Assembly: GCF_963921235.1 (NCBI RefSeq)
Contig: NC_086108.1
Location: forward strand, 80,168,001 to 80,232,000
DNA length: 64,000 nucleotides
From: Mobula hypostoma
Lineage: Eukaryota
Direction of reading: 5' to 3'
Every line of letters begins with the position of its first letter. The stretch's first letter is position 1. Below are positions 11,981 through 24,380 of the stretch, one piece after another. A program made the translations under genes and the position numbers. Below the pieces are notes generated by a model that saw nothing but the letters and a program-made list of their open reading frames with translations, was not told the DNA's origin and searched no databases.

Positions 11981-14280
11981 TCTAGATTAATTCCCTCCAA
12001 ATCTACCTTTCTTCTAAACTCCAGTGGATACAAGCCTTGTCTTGTCTCTTAAGACAACTTGCCTACTTTAGACATTAGTTTAGTAAACAGCCGAATATGA
12101 TCTCAGTAATGCCCTATTAACTACAACATAATCTCTCCACTATTATATTCAGTTTATGCAGTAGGACCTGGATAATTTCAAATGCAAACTGACAAATGTT
12201 GGTTAATATTTCCATCATTGAAGCACCCTGCAATGATTAATTCCAACAAGACAGGTCGAACTTCCTACCCATGGCAAACAACAACATTGCTGAGTTCCTG
12301 TATTCGAATCCGGATGTTACTCCTATCATTTCCTTCACAATTATTAAGCTGACTGCTCCGTTCCCAGGTTTTGTTCTCTTCTTTCTTTGGTAACACTAAT
12401 TATCCGCCAAGTTTCTTCTTCATCAATCCAACAGGAAAGGGCCTTAGTTTCTTGCCCATGTTAAAGAATACGGAACTTTGCATAATTTTCAGTGCCCCAA
12501 AGACGATGAACAAAATCAGTATAGTTAAGTAATTATTTTCATATTAATCTTGTACAGGTATTAGTTTTTGATTTTTAACACACAATGGCACAACAACTAG
12601 AAATCTTTTTATTATTTATAGGAAAATATAAAGTACATCCAGATATTATAGTAACATATAAAGTATATGCTTTCTATTTCAACCAGCGTATTATATACCC
12701 AGACCACTAGCATTTGCTCATAAGAGTAAATGGGCAGCTAACAATAACGTAAATGCTTCCTAGACAATTTAGCTTATCATGGGCCATTATTATGAGTGAA
12801 AGTGAAAGATTCATAAGCCCTCTGCAGTAACCTTTATGCAAATCAATTGTTTTTTAACATATGCATGCCAGTCCGTGCTTTGGTATATATGCTCCTGCTA
12901 TTCTGCTAGATTTACATTAAAGGTCCAGACTAAACTATTAGATTTTCTTCAACGCCCCTTTATCACAACTGTTAGGTTTTTTGGCATGCCCTTTAAGAAT
13001 GGAAAAAACGAGCAAAATTAGATACTCTTTCAGGTGGTCTAAATACAGCTGCCTGGAAGATTCATTTAAGAAATAATAAATTTCAAAGAGAGGTTTGAGT
13101 TTAGACCATGAATACCTGCTAGCCATCTGCATATCGTATGTTTGGTCTTATTAAAGAGATATTTCATTCTGACTGCTTTTATTGTTACTAATATCTCAGA
13201 ATTTATATAAACATTTGTATAGTTAAGTTTATTTCTGTACAATTTTACATTAACAGCAAAATGAAAACTTGGAAAGATACATTACTGAATAGTTTCAATG
13301 AAACAGAAACTCTTTTATAGGACTAAGCAAACATGTTTGAGAAAATAGTATACATGTTAAAAAATTTAAATAAAATTTCACAATATTCTCTCATATTCTG
13401 TCTCAATTCTTTACAGTCCTGGTGGTAATATGATTTCATTTTCATTATGTTTATTTGGTAAAGCATACAGGCAGTCAAATCTCCTTCTTAAAAATTTCTT
13501 GGATTGGTAAAATTATCATTCTAAAACCCTGGAATTACATAATAAAGGTACCATCTGGAGAGTAGTAATAATGATTTATAGGGAAAGGACGGTTGAAGGA
13601 TATAGGAGCTGTCAAGTATCAAAATCACTCAAAAAGTGACAGTCTCATTGAACAAAGCTGGCTATCCTTGTCCTTAAACTTTCTAAAGTTACCATCTTTC
13701 AGTAAACAATACACAAGATCTAAGGATAAGGGTATTATCCCACATAATGCACAACTCTGATGTAAATGGAAAGCTTGCTGCAAACCTTTCCTTTCAAGCT
13801 ATGTAAAAGTAGTAAATCTAAGATTTAAGATCAATCATTCTGTTGTCAGGAATGCTTCTATGAAACCAGCAGGAAATTATTTTCAAGACACTGCAGCACT
13901 GCAGACACTGGAAATATGAAATAAAAACAGGGAAGCCTGGAAATGCTCTCTGGCTTAGGCAGCATCAGTAGAAAGAGAAAGAGTTCGCCTATCAGGTTGA
14001 TATCCCATACCGATGATGAGTTTTCAATACAAATTTGAATTGCTTCTCTTTTCATGGACGCTCTCTGACCAGGTGATTATTTTTTATTAATTTAAATTTT
14101 TATTAAGAATATTAGTTTCTCTTATTTTCTTTTTTTTTTGTCCTTCAAGTAAGACATGGAAATTTGAATGTTACAAAGCTTGACGGACATACAGCAGCTC
14201 AAATCTAACTGATTGTGTAGTTTACATAAGGCATCACTTGATAGATTATCCCATCAAGGGATTGTCTGATGTAAAGTATA

Positions 14281-14485
14281 TTATTGTTCCTTTTTGCGAC
14301 TCGTGGTGCATTGGGCGACATTTTTACCATTTCCGTAGCATTTGACCTTTTTTTTTTACAAGGCCAAGTTGCCAGCTCAATGCTCAGCCCAGCACGATGG
14401 AAAGCATGCAAGGAGCCAGCTGGATTCAAACACGGGACCATTCACCTCAATGTCTAGTGCTGATGCCGCTACAGCACCAGCCAGC
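14281..14485 (-). mobile_element. tRNA-derived SINE
   Basis: The minus strand starts gctggctggtgctgtagcggcatc...gtttgaatcc (A/B-box-like) and ends in an (aat) tail. Confidence 0.55.
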
Positions 14486-14857
14486 AAATAAAGTTACCAT
14501 ATTTCACAGTGCAACTGAGCTTCAAAGAGGATTGGAAGAAAACTTTTTGAATATATTGCAGGAAAATGTGTCAGATAATATTGACCCAGCTATTGGCTCC
14601 TCTCTTCCTATCGTTTCAAATTAGCTAATCACAACCAGCAGCCAGATAGCATGATCACAACTCCGCTTTCTAACCCCGTTGACAGAAAGTTATTTCAATG
14701 TTTGCAAATGATGAACATCGACATTTGGAAAAAGTTGAAAAAATTTGAAATAATAAATGATATATATTCAAAAGGCATGAACATATTGTTAATTAAATCA
14801 AAGACACTATGAAATAAAGAAAAGTAATCAAGAAATTTAGGTGACCTTACTTTATAA

Positions 14858-15036
14858 CAGTGGTCCCTGACCACCGGGCCACAAAGCATGTGCGAGGAAA
14901 CGATATGATTTGGCAATATGAGTCAGCTGCACCTTTCCTCATTCCCTGTCACACACTGTTGCCCCCGTCAGCCAGTCCACAAGAATATTGTCAATATTAA
15001 ACTGGTCCACGGTGCAAAAAAGGTTGGGGACCCCTG
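14858..15036. mobile_element. hAT (Charlie/MER1-like) MITE
   Basis: Termini cagtggtccc.../...ggttggggacccctg with a perfect 8-bp TSD CTTTATAA (14850-14857 and 15037-15044). Confidence 0.9.
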
Positions 15037-15787
15037 CTTTATAACATCCATTCAAAGAAATGGAGATGCACTAAATATTTGGCACAAGGCAGAGGTGCCA
15101 GATACAAAACACGTTCATCCCCTCATGCTTAACAGGCTACAAAATGATCCTAGACATGACAGAAAATCCAGGAATAGACAGCAGGATAAGCATCATATTC
15201 CCAATTTGTGCAGAGCAGTGAACAAGCATGCAATGTTGAAACAAACTATCATTTGCATCATAGTGAAATATCTGAAAACAGCGACTAAACTTCAGCAGTA
15301 TTTTAGTTGTGAAGCATATTGGAATCTCCTGAGAGAGTGAAAGGCATCATTTAAATGCAAGTTCCTTTTTCAGACTCTATGAGGCCTCCACCATTTGTAT
15401 CAATCTACGTTTGTACATCAGTTCTGACCAATTAAAAGAAAAAATTCAAATACATTGGATTTGTCTGCAGTAAAATGGGCATTCAAGACTTGCCAAGTTT
15501 TTTTCTTGATACTTTCTTTGGTTTACCATTACGTTCTTTTTCTACTGTGAATGCACATCTCAATAGCTTTTGCTGCCTCAGCACTAAGTTGAACAGCATC
15601 ATGGCCTCATACACTCTGCTTGGCAGAGTTACAGTAATACCAAGAGCAGGACTGAGATCAATCCTTTCTGATGCTTGTCAATGACATACTTTCCAACTCT
15701 GACTTCCATAGGTGTTCACTTAATTCAAAAATTCAGAAATTTATGATAAACAAGCAAAGCAGATGCCAAACAAGAGAGAATCCGCAG

Positions 15788-17652
15788 GAGGGCTAAAAGA
15801 AGACATGAGGTTGCTTTGGCAGTCAAGGTGAAGGATAATCTAAAGAGCTTCTACAGGTATATTAAGAGCAAAAGGATAGTAAGGGATAAAATTGGTCCTC
15901 TTGAAGATCAGAGTGGTCGGCGATGTATGGAACCAAAAGAAATGGGGGAGATCTTAAATGGGTTTTTTGCATCTGTAATTACTAAGGAAACTGGCATGGA
16001 GTCAATGGAAATATGGCAAACAAGTAGTGAGGTCATGGAACCTATACAGATTAAGGAGGAGGAGGTGCTTGCTATCTTGAGGCAAATCAGAGTAGATAAA
16101 TCCCCAGGACCTGACAGGGTATTCCCTCAGACCTTGAAGGAGACTAGTGTTGAACTTGCAGGGGCCCTGGCAGATATATTTAAAATATCAGTATCTACGG
16201 GTGATGTGCTGGAGGATTGGAGAGTGGCTCATGTTGTTCCGTTGTTTAAAAAAGGCTCTAAAAGTAATCCGGGAAATTACAGGCCAGTAAGTTCGACGTC
16301 GGTTGTAGGTAAATTATTGGAAGGAGTACTGAGAGATAGGATCTACAAGTATTTGGATAGACAGGGACTTATTAGGGAGAGTCAACATGGCTTTGTGTGT
16401 GGTAGGTCATGTTTAACAAATCTATTAGAGTTTTTCGAGGAGGTTACCAGGAAAGTGGATGAAGGGAAGGCAGTGGATGTTGTCTACATGGACTTCAGTA
16501 AGGCCTTTGACAAGGTCCCGCATGGGAGGTTAGTTAGGAAAATTCAGTTGCTAGGTATACACGGAGAAGTAGTAAACTGGATTAGACATTGGCCCAACGG
16601 AAGAAGCCAGAGAGTGATAGTGGAGGATTGTTTCTCTGAGTGGAGGCCTGTGACTAGTGGTGTGCCACAGGGATCAATGCTGGGTCCAATGTTATTTGCC
16701 ATCTATATCAATGATCTGGATGATAATGTGGTAAATTGGATCAGCAAGTTTGCTGATGATACAAAGATTGGAGGTGTAGTGGACAGTGGGGAAGGTTTTC
16801 AAAGCTTGCAGAGGGATTTGGACCAGCTGGAAATATGGGCTGAAAAATGGTAGATGGAGTTTAATACAGACAAGTGTGAGGTATTGCACTTTGGAAGAAC
16901 AAACCAAGGTAGAACATACAAGGTAAATGGTAGGGCACTGAGGAGTGCAGTAGAGAGGGATCTGGGAATACAGATACAAAATTCCCTAAAAGTGTCGTCA
17001 CAGGTAGATAGGGTCGTAAAGAGAGCTTTTGGTACATTGGCCTTTATAAATCAAAGTATTGAGTATAAGAGTTGGAATGTTATAGTGAGGTTGTATAAGG
17101 CATTGGTGAGGCCAAATTTGGAATATTGTGTACAGTTTTGGTCACCAAATTACAGGAAGGATATTAATAAAGAGTGCAGAGAAGATTTACAAGGATGTTG
17201 CCGGGACTTGAGAAACTGAGTTACAGAGAAAGGTTGAATAGGTTAGGCCTTTATTCCCTGGAGCATAGAAGAATGAGGGGAGATTTGATAGAGGTATATA
17301 AAATTACGAGGGGTATAGATAGAGTGAATGCAAGCAGGCTTTTTCCATTGAGGCCAGGGGAGAAAAAGACCAGAAGATATGGGTTAAGAGTGAAGGGGGA
17401 AAAGTTTAAAGGGAACATTAAGGGGGGGGGGGCTTCTTTACACAGAGAGTGGTGGGAGTGTGGAATGAGCTGCCAGATGAAGTGGTAAATGTGGGCTCAC
17501 TTTTAACATTTAAGAAAAACTTGGATGGGCACATGGATGAAAGGTGTATGGAGGGATGGACCAGGTGCAGGTCAGTGGGACTAGGCAGAAAAATAGTTTG
17601 GCACAGCCAAGAAGGGCCAAAAGGCCTGTTTCTGTGCTGTAATGTTCTATGG
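15788..17652 (+). mobile_element. CR1-type LINE, second 5'-truncated copy of the family at 6400-8560
   Basis: ORFs 15816-16853, 16854-17219 and 17174-17488 are nearly identical in protein to ORF 6604-8148. One in-frame TAG and frameshifts. Same 3' tail. Confidence 0.95.
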
Positions 17653-18060
17653 TGGAAATCAAAGCAACACACACACAAAATGTTGGAGGAACTCAACAGG
17701 CCAGTAAATCCTTCGACAGCCCCGAAATGCCAACTCTACTTTTTTCCATAGATCCTTGAATCTTTGGACACTACCTCACTTTTTTTTTTAATATACAGTA
17801 TTTCTGTTTTTGCACATTTTTAAAATCTATTCAATACACGTAATTGATTTACTTGTTTATTGATTGTTACTATTACTTTTATTTTATTTATCATTTTTTC
17901 TCTGCTAGATAATATATTACATTGAATTGCTGCTGCTAAGGTAACAAATCGTGCCGGTAATAATAAACCTGATTTTCATTCTGCTGCCTGGCCTGCTGAG
18001 TTCCTCCAGCATTTTGTGTGTGTTGCTCAGATTTCCAGCATCTGCAGCTTTTCTCTTGTC
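17653..18060. mobile_element. Penelope-like inverted termini with an inserted Rex1-type 3' UTR (about 17755-17980)
   Basis: caacacacacacaaaatgttggaggaactc at about 17665 and its reverse complement at 17983-18058. The AT-rich Rex1-like tail between them ends in aataaacctgatt. Confidence 0.65.
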
Positions 18061-18090
18061 AGTAAAAGTAGGGGTACTTTTCTTTCTTAC

Positions 18091-18180
18091 TTGTTTTCTA
18101 CAAGGAAATCCAGAATCCATTTCTTCATGCAATACAGATGAGCATCCACAAGTGCTGTTTTTATGTGCATCCTAGGATAT
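18091..18180 (-). CDS. EIF2B3: eIF2B gamma subunit, internal coding exon (90 nt), not in the ORF track in the correct frame
   Basis: Manual translation [29 protein letters not shown](K) matches human [30 protein letters not shown]. Acceptor ttttttcAG, donor GTaaga. Confidence 0.96.
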
Positions 18181-18699
18181 CTGAAAAAAAAACAAGCAGT
18201 AATTATTTTGTTTTTGAAGCATTCTTTGCCACTCCATTACAGCACAACTCCATTGCTAAAATCCAGCCCACCTGATCTTGCAGCTTCATCCTCACCAGAA
18301 GGATTATTTACCAGAAACAATTTAAACATTAGGCTGCAATTTTAGTAATTGCATTGCTGTAATATTTTTGTACAATTTGTAATAACTAATCACATACAAC
18401 CTTTGTTAAAAAGACAAATTTAATTACCCTGCAATATAGAAGAACCACTTAGTCTGGGATACAGAATTATATTTCACCAAGGAAGATTTCTTTTTTACCA
18501 TCACCTAGCTTTATGGTACCAAAACATTTTGGATAAAATAATCTACTGCTGTTCTTCTCCCTTTTCCCTGTTGATCAGATTTCTCAGCGTTGTTTCATTT
18601 CATTCATTAGTTTGGAAATTTTACCTGCAAACCAATATCCATTAATTTAATATAATAAAAAACACACAGCAAATCCAACATTTGAAAGTGGAAACACTG

Positions 18700-19950
18700 T
18701 TGATAGACTGATGGAGAAGGCATATGGTTTATCTGCCTTCAAAGGTCTGGGGGCAAAATATATGAAATGGATCATTGTGTTGCAACTTAATGTAAAAAAA
18801 AACTAGTTAGGGCACACCTTTGAGTATTATATCCAGTTCTGTCTGCTGTGCTACAGTAAGGCTGTGTTTGTACTAGAGACTCTACAGAGGAGATTCACCA
18901 GAAGTCCTGATGAATGGTCTTGGTCTGAAATGCCAATCGTTATTCCTCTCCATAGATGTTGCCTGACCTGCTGAGTTCTTCTGGCATTTTCTGTGCATTG
19001 CTCTGAATTTCCAACATCTACAGAATCTCTTATGTTTATAACCAATATATCGCCTGTATCCCTTAAGTTGTTATAGCCTGGTGGGGGGCGTGGTACTGGG
19101 GACAAGCTCCTGCTACTTATTAAATGCTCCCAATGGCGTGCTCCTCAAATAACTTATGACAACCAAGTCCAGCTGCGGGCCTTCATGTGTGGCTCAGAAG
19201 GGGCAAATGGGGCTCATCCGCCGTGGTTGGCAGCTCATCTAAGAGAAGGAAAACTCTGATCTCAAACCTCCACTACCTTGCGGCCATACCCACTCATGGG
19301 AAAGGTTTCGGGAGTAAACCCTGAGGGAAAAATCTAGAGCTGGATTCCCTAAAGCAGTCCTACATTAAGTTCAATGCTGAATTATGCAACATTGCTGGTA
19401 CCAAACTGTATCATTCTCTGCTGTTCCTTTGGGTTCATCAGTTGCTTGCAGAGGGGGAGTTTGCTACACGGGCAACAGCTTGCTTTCCATATCGTACTGC
19501 CCAGAATTGCGTATCTAGCCAGCTAGGATGCAATATCCATGGTCAGCTCTGAGCGATGGAGGCCCTCACTTTACCATTGCCTTGTAATGGAAGACTTTAG
19601 TTATGGAGAGAAATTGGATAAACTGGGTTTGCTTTCTCTGGAACAAAGGAGGCTGAGGAGTGACTTGAGAGTATACAATTTTATGAGAGACACAGATAGG
19701 ATAGATAGACAAATCTTTTACCCACTGTGGGGTATCAACAACAAACTAGCATAGATTTAAAGGAATTCAGAGGGATGTTTCAATTTTACACAGAGTGGTT
19801 GGTATCTGGAATGCACTTCTTGAACAGATGTTAATACAATTGTTACAATTAAGAAATATTTAAACCAACACTTAAATAGGCAAGGCATTGTCCTAATGTT
19901 GGCAAATTTCACTAGTGTTGATGGGCAAAAAGGTGGAGATGGACAGTGAT
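18700..19950 (+). mobile_element. Old CR1 3' fragment interrupted by a Penelope-like terminus (about 18903-19040) and an RTE-related short element (about 19065-19565)
   Basis: LVRAH...YYIQFC at about 18800 resumes as FSYGEKLDKLGLLSLEQRRLRSDL at about 19595. Confidence 0.7.
19065..19565 (+). mobile_element. About 500-bp non-autonomous RTE-related element (copy 1 of 3)
   Basis: Shares blocks (accaagtccagct, gaaaactctgat..aaacctcc, gcggccatacccac, ttcgggagtaaacc, catgggcaac) with 23567-24075 and 41175-41768. Confidence 0.65.
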
Positions 19951-21056
19951 TGAGTTGATAATGATTTAACTCCGGGGGTCAGAAAACCACTAGTAAATCT
20001 GAAATGCATATAAAGGATACATAAGGAGAGAAAAAAGGATCAGCTTCACCAGGCTGTTGAAAGAACTACAATTTTTAACCACAATGTATAAAGCAGTTAT
20101 CTTTGTTCTGTTAGAGGTTTCTTACCTGATACTTAGTTTTATCATGTGTTAAGGTCTATTGTAGATCTCAAATGTCTTGCTGTGATACATTTATTTTGGA
20201 TTTGTAATATGCAAAATAAGAATGCGATAGGATGCTAGAGTTTATTTTGTATGTTTATTTAAACTTACACATCAAAATAACTTTAAAAACTTTAATAAAA
20301 TAATCAAACTGATGTATAGCTTAAGGTGCTGGTAATTGGTTGATAATTGGTTGACCCTGCATAATTTCCAAGTGGGAAACTTGTAAATCTCAACCTAGCT
20401 TTCTGTGCCAGTCAGAAGAAATCCTTTACCTACCATGAAAAAGAAACAAAAACTCACAGTTGTCAATGTGATAATGTCAACAGATTTGAAAGTAATTTTT
20501 GATGTAATCTCGTGGAGGAGTTTGCACTTTGCTGATGTAGTATTCGGGTGATGCAGGAAAGCTGGTAAAATAGCTGAAAACCTATTAACCAAACAGCTAA
20601 AAACAAACCTGAAACCAATCATCAACTGAGACATTCAAGGACTTGAACCCTTAATTTTAGTTTGAAAAGAATCTAGTTTCAAACTTTTTGGTAAAAATAA
20701 ATGCTTGCCTCAAAGAAAGATGAAAAATAAATATTTCTACCAACGAGTTTGAAACTAAATTCAGTTTTAAACAAAAGTTTAAGGGTTGAAGCCCTTGAAT
20801 GACGCGGAAAAACATTTTTTCTTGCGTGGGAAGCAAACTCTTCATTCCTTTAAAGATTACATCGTTTTTAATGTACTCAGATGAATAAGACATGTACATC
20901 TAAGCATGTGGAATCCATGCTTCTAAAAACACAGATAATCCCCAGAAAAACATATGTTTTTGATCCAAATATACTATTTAATAACTCTATTTCTAAAGTA
21001 CTGCTGTGATGCATAGAACACCGACTATATTTGGCAAAGGTTTATACTTTAAAATA

Positions 21057-21807
21057 CAGTGGATTCTGGTTAATTGGGATACATCGGGACCAATACATTT
21101 TGGCCCAATTAAGCAGCTGCACCAATTAGCCCAATTCATGGAAATAGTTAAAAGGCATAACAAAGACAAACTACAGTTTAACTGAGTAACTCATTATGCA
21201 TTTAAATGAAATACAGAACAAATTATAACACTTATCAAAACTACTACAGTATCATAAAACTGTGCATTAGTTCCATTAATTATCAACAGAAGAATTCATC
21301 GCTGCTGTGTTCTTTTGGTTGATTGTAAATGAACAAAATCAGTGCAGACACCTAGTGCAGATAATGGACTGCCTTCATTGCCTTCCAGCATAAAGCGAAA
21401 ATAAAAAAACAAAATTACCAAAAATTGCTGTTTTTGAATAGGCCTCTGTTGGCCCAAATTGATAACACTGCACAAGCATATGCAACTAATGCTATTTAAA
21501 TACTATTTGGTCCATGACATCTAATGGCTTGAAACCACAGTGAGCAAAACAGTTCTGAATTGTCTTACTGCTTATTTCTTTCCAACTATCAGTCACAAGA
21601 ATCACTGCGTTTTGAAAACAAACACATGCAACTGATGCTAGTTAGAAACTGGTTGGCAACAGTCTCCTGACCCAACTAAGCAGCATAATGTCCCAAATAA
21701 ACGAAGGCAATCCCAGCTATTTTAACGATTTTTTTTGTTCCTTAAGAGTTGTCCTAAATAAACAGCTGCTCCAATTAAACAATGGCCTAATTAACTGGAA
21801 TTTACTC
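21057..21807. mobile_element. pogo/Tigger-type non-autonomous DNA transposon
   Basis: TA-cagtggattctggttaattggg ... cctaattaactggaatttactc-TA. Subterminal cccaattaa motifs are repeated at both ends. Confidence 0.75.
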
Positions 21808-21919
21808 TAATTAAGTGATGTTTCAGAAACAAAATGAGGGAATGGGAGAAGGTTAGTATTTGGCAATTGTACTAAGTGTGCAAGAATATGTGTATTTTCT
21901 TCTATGGTTTGGCCATAAA

Positions 21920-22445
21920 AAACAAGAGGGTGGTGATGGATGGGTGTCATTCTGACTGGAGGTCTGCAGCTAGTGAAGTTCTGCAAAGATCAGTGCTGTC
22001 ATTCGTGATGGACAAAAATGTTGATCTGCATATGACACAAAAATTAGCGGAGTTGGGGATGGTGAAAGAAGGTGTCAAAGGATTCAGCAGTATATCGCTG
22101 GGCAGAGAAATGCCAGATAGAGATTAATCCAGACCAGTATAAGGTGTCGCACTTATGAGTAAAATATACAGTAAATGGCTGGACACTGAGAAACATTGAT
22201 GTACAGAGGGATCTTGGGATACAAGTCCATAACCCCTGGAAGTGGCACCGCACATAGATAGTGTGAATAAGGTGGCATATACAACACACAGCCAGGGTTT
22301 TGAATATAAAAATCTTGAAGTCAATTTGCAGCTGTATAAAACTTTTGGACAGGCCACATTTGTGCGCTTTTGGTTACTGCATTATAGGAAAAATGTGGAG
22401 ACTTTGGAGAGGTTTACTAGGATGCTGTCTGGATTAGAGAGCACT
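21920..22445 (+). mobile_element. Old CR1 RT fragment
   Basis: RVVMDGCHSDWRS, GFEYKNLEVNLQLYKT and FWLLHYRKNVETLERFTRML. Confidence 0.75.
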
Positions 22446-22451
22446 AAAAAC

Positions 22452-22810
22452 TTAAAAGTTCAAAGTAAATTTATTATCAAAGTACATATATGTCACCATA
22501 TATAACCCTGAGATTCATTTTCTTGCGGGCAATTACAGTAAAGACAAGAAACACAATAGAATCAATGAAAGACCGCACCCAACAGGACAGACAAAAGCCA
22601 ATATTCCAAAAATCCCCCAACAAACTGCACCAGTACAAAAAGAGATGAAAAGAAAATAAATAATAATAATCAATAATCAAGAATATGAGAAGAAGATTTC
22701 TTGAAGGTGAGTCCATAGGTTGTGGGAACAGTTCAGAGACGGCGTGAATGAAGTTGAGTGAAGTGATCCCCCTTTGGTTCAAGAGTCTGATAGCTGAGGG
22801 GTAATAACAA
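22452..22810 (-). mobile_element. Rex1-type LINE 3' UTR/tail
   Basis: Reverse complement of the tail also seen at 28560-28892 and 62410-62750 (YYPSAIRLLN...tgtactttgataataaatttactttgaacttt). Confidence 0.75.
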
Positions 22811-23566
22811 GGACAAGAACAAGCAGGGATTTGACTGATATTGACCACGTGCAGGCACTGGTGCAGTTTAATTAGGCATCATGGTCGGCCAGACTTAGTG
22901 AGCTGAAGTGCTTGATCTTCTGCTGTTCATTTCTATTTTTAATATATGCATGTACAGTATCCAATCAAATTAAAGCATTGTTCATAAAGATCAGAATGTC
23001 TGAATTTGGAAATGAAAATTAGAAGAATTAATTCAATGTCTAAACAGGAGGATAAATTAGAATGAAATAGAAAAAATAAAAACATATAATTAATTTTTAT
23101 AACCTTAGCAAAAAATTAAAGTAAAAAAATGAGCCCCTGGTTAATTAAGACATACAGAGTATACTAAAAGGCTGCTTAGAGTGAAATGGATATTTCTTGC
23201 TTTCTCTAGCAATTTTAGTTTACATTGCCATGCCATTCAATGTACAGTACTTCAACAGTGAGGCAAAAAACAAGATCCAGTTTTCAGGAAGAAAATTATG
23301 CAGCAGAACATGTTGGATAAGTTTCTCAGCATGTTGATTAATTAGGTATTTTCCAAAAAGTGAAATTCAATTATGGTTTACAAACAGCAAGTACATTTCA
23401 CTCTGAATTATATTAAAAAACTTAAAAGGTAAGAATATTTCTCACAGAGGTCATGAATGGTCAGATAAGCTTGCTATAATGTTAAGAAGTTATTCTTTCT
23501 AGAATAGATACAATAGTTAGATCCATAATGTGCTGTGCTGTACTGTTCTGTTGTTGGTTCTGAAGG

Positions 23567-24075
23567 TTGTCATAGCCGGGGGGTGGTCAATGGGATGCTT
23601 TCCCACTACCTATAAAGTGCTCCAGATGGTATGCAACTCTAACAGCCTCTGACGACCAAGTCCAGCTCCTGGCCTTCACGTGTGGCTTCGCTACTGTGCC
23701 TGGCAGAACTGCTTCTACTCACAAAAAGTCGGACCACTGGCACCTCAAAACCAGTTGCTTCAGGCAGGTGGGGCTCGTTAGCCTTGGATGGCAGCCCGCC
23801 AAGGAGAAAGAAAACTCTGATTTTAAACCTCCGCTGCCTTGTGGCCATACCCACCCATGAAAAAGGCTTCGGGAGTAAACCCCAAAGAAGAAATCCAGAG
23901 CCAGAGTTCCTAAGGTAGTTTGATGTTGTTTACAACTTCATTCTGGCAACCTTTGTGACGACACTGGTGCCAAGATATATTGGTGCTTGCCCTTCCTTTG
24001 GACTACATCAGTGATGTGGAGAGGGGGAACCCACTGCATGGGCAACAGTCGGTTCTTCAAATCTTCCCACCCAAC
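23567..24075 (+). mobile_element. About 500-bp non-autonomous RTE-related element (copy 2 of 3)
   Basis: Collinear similarity to 19065-19565. Confidence 0.65.
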
Positions 24076-24380
24076 CATTGGGGCCATGTCATTTTCTCAT
24101 AGCTACCACTGAACAGGAAGTACAGAGCCCGGAGTTCTACACTACCAGGTTCATGAACAGCTATTTCCCTTCAATTATTTGGTTCTTAACTAACTGGCAA
24201 AACTCTAATCACCTTTATGGTTTAGCAACACCATGACGACTCCAAGCACTTGTCACAAGACTAAATGTTCTAATTGTGTTTCTTCTTGTAAAAATTACGT
24301 ATAATTTATGTTTTTCTTCTGAATGCTGCTTATATGATGCTATGTGCCTGCAAGGATGTTTCTCATTGCCCCTGTGCATA

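Noticed and set aside
18902..18938. Active hammerhead at this copy or at about 31188-31213
   Set aside because: CTGATGA and GAAA survive, but stem I/II pairing and the GUC triplet are degraded. Counted only as family evidence.
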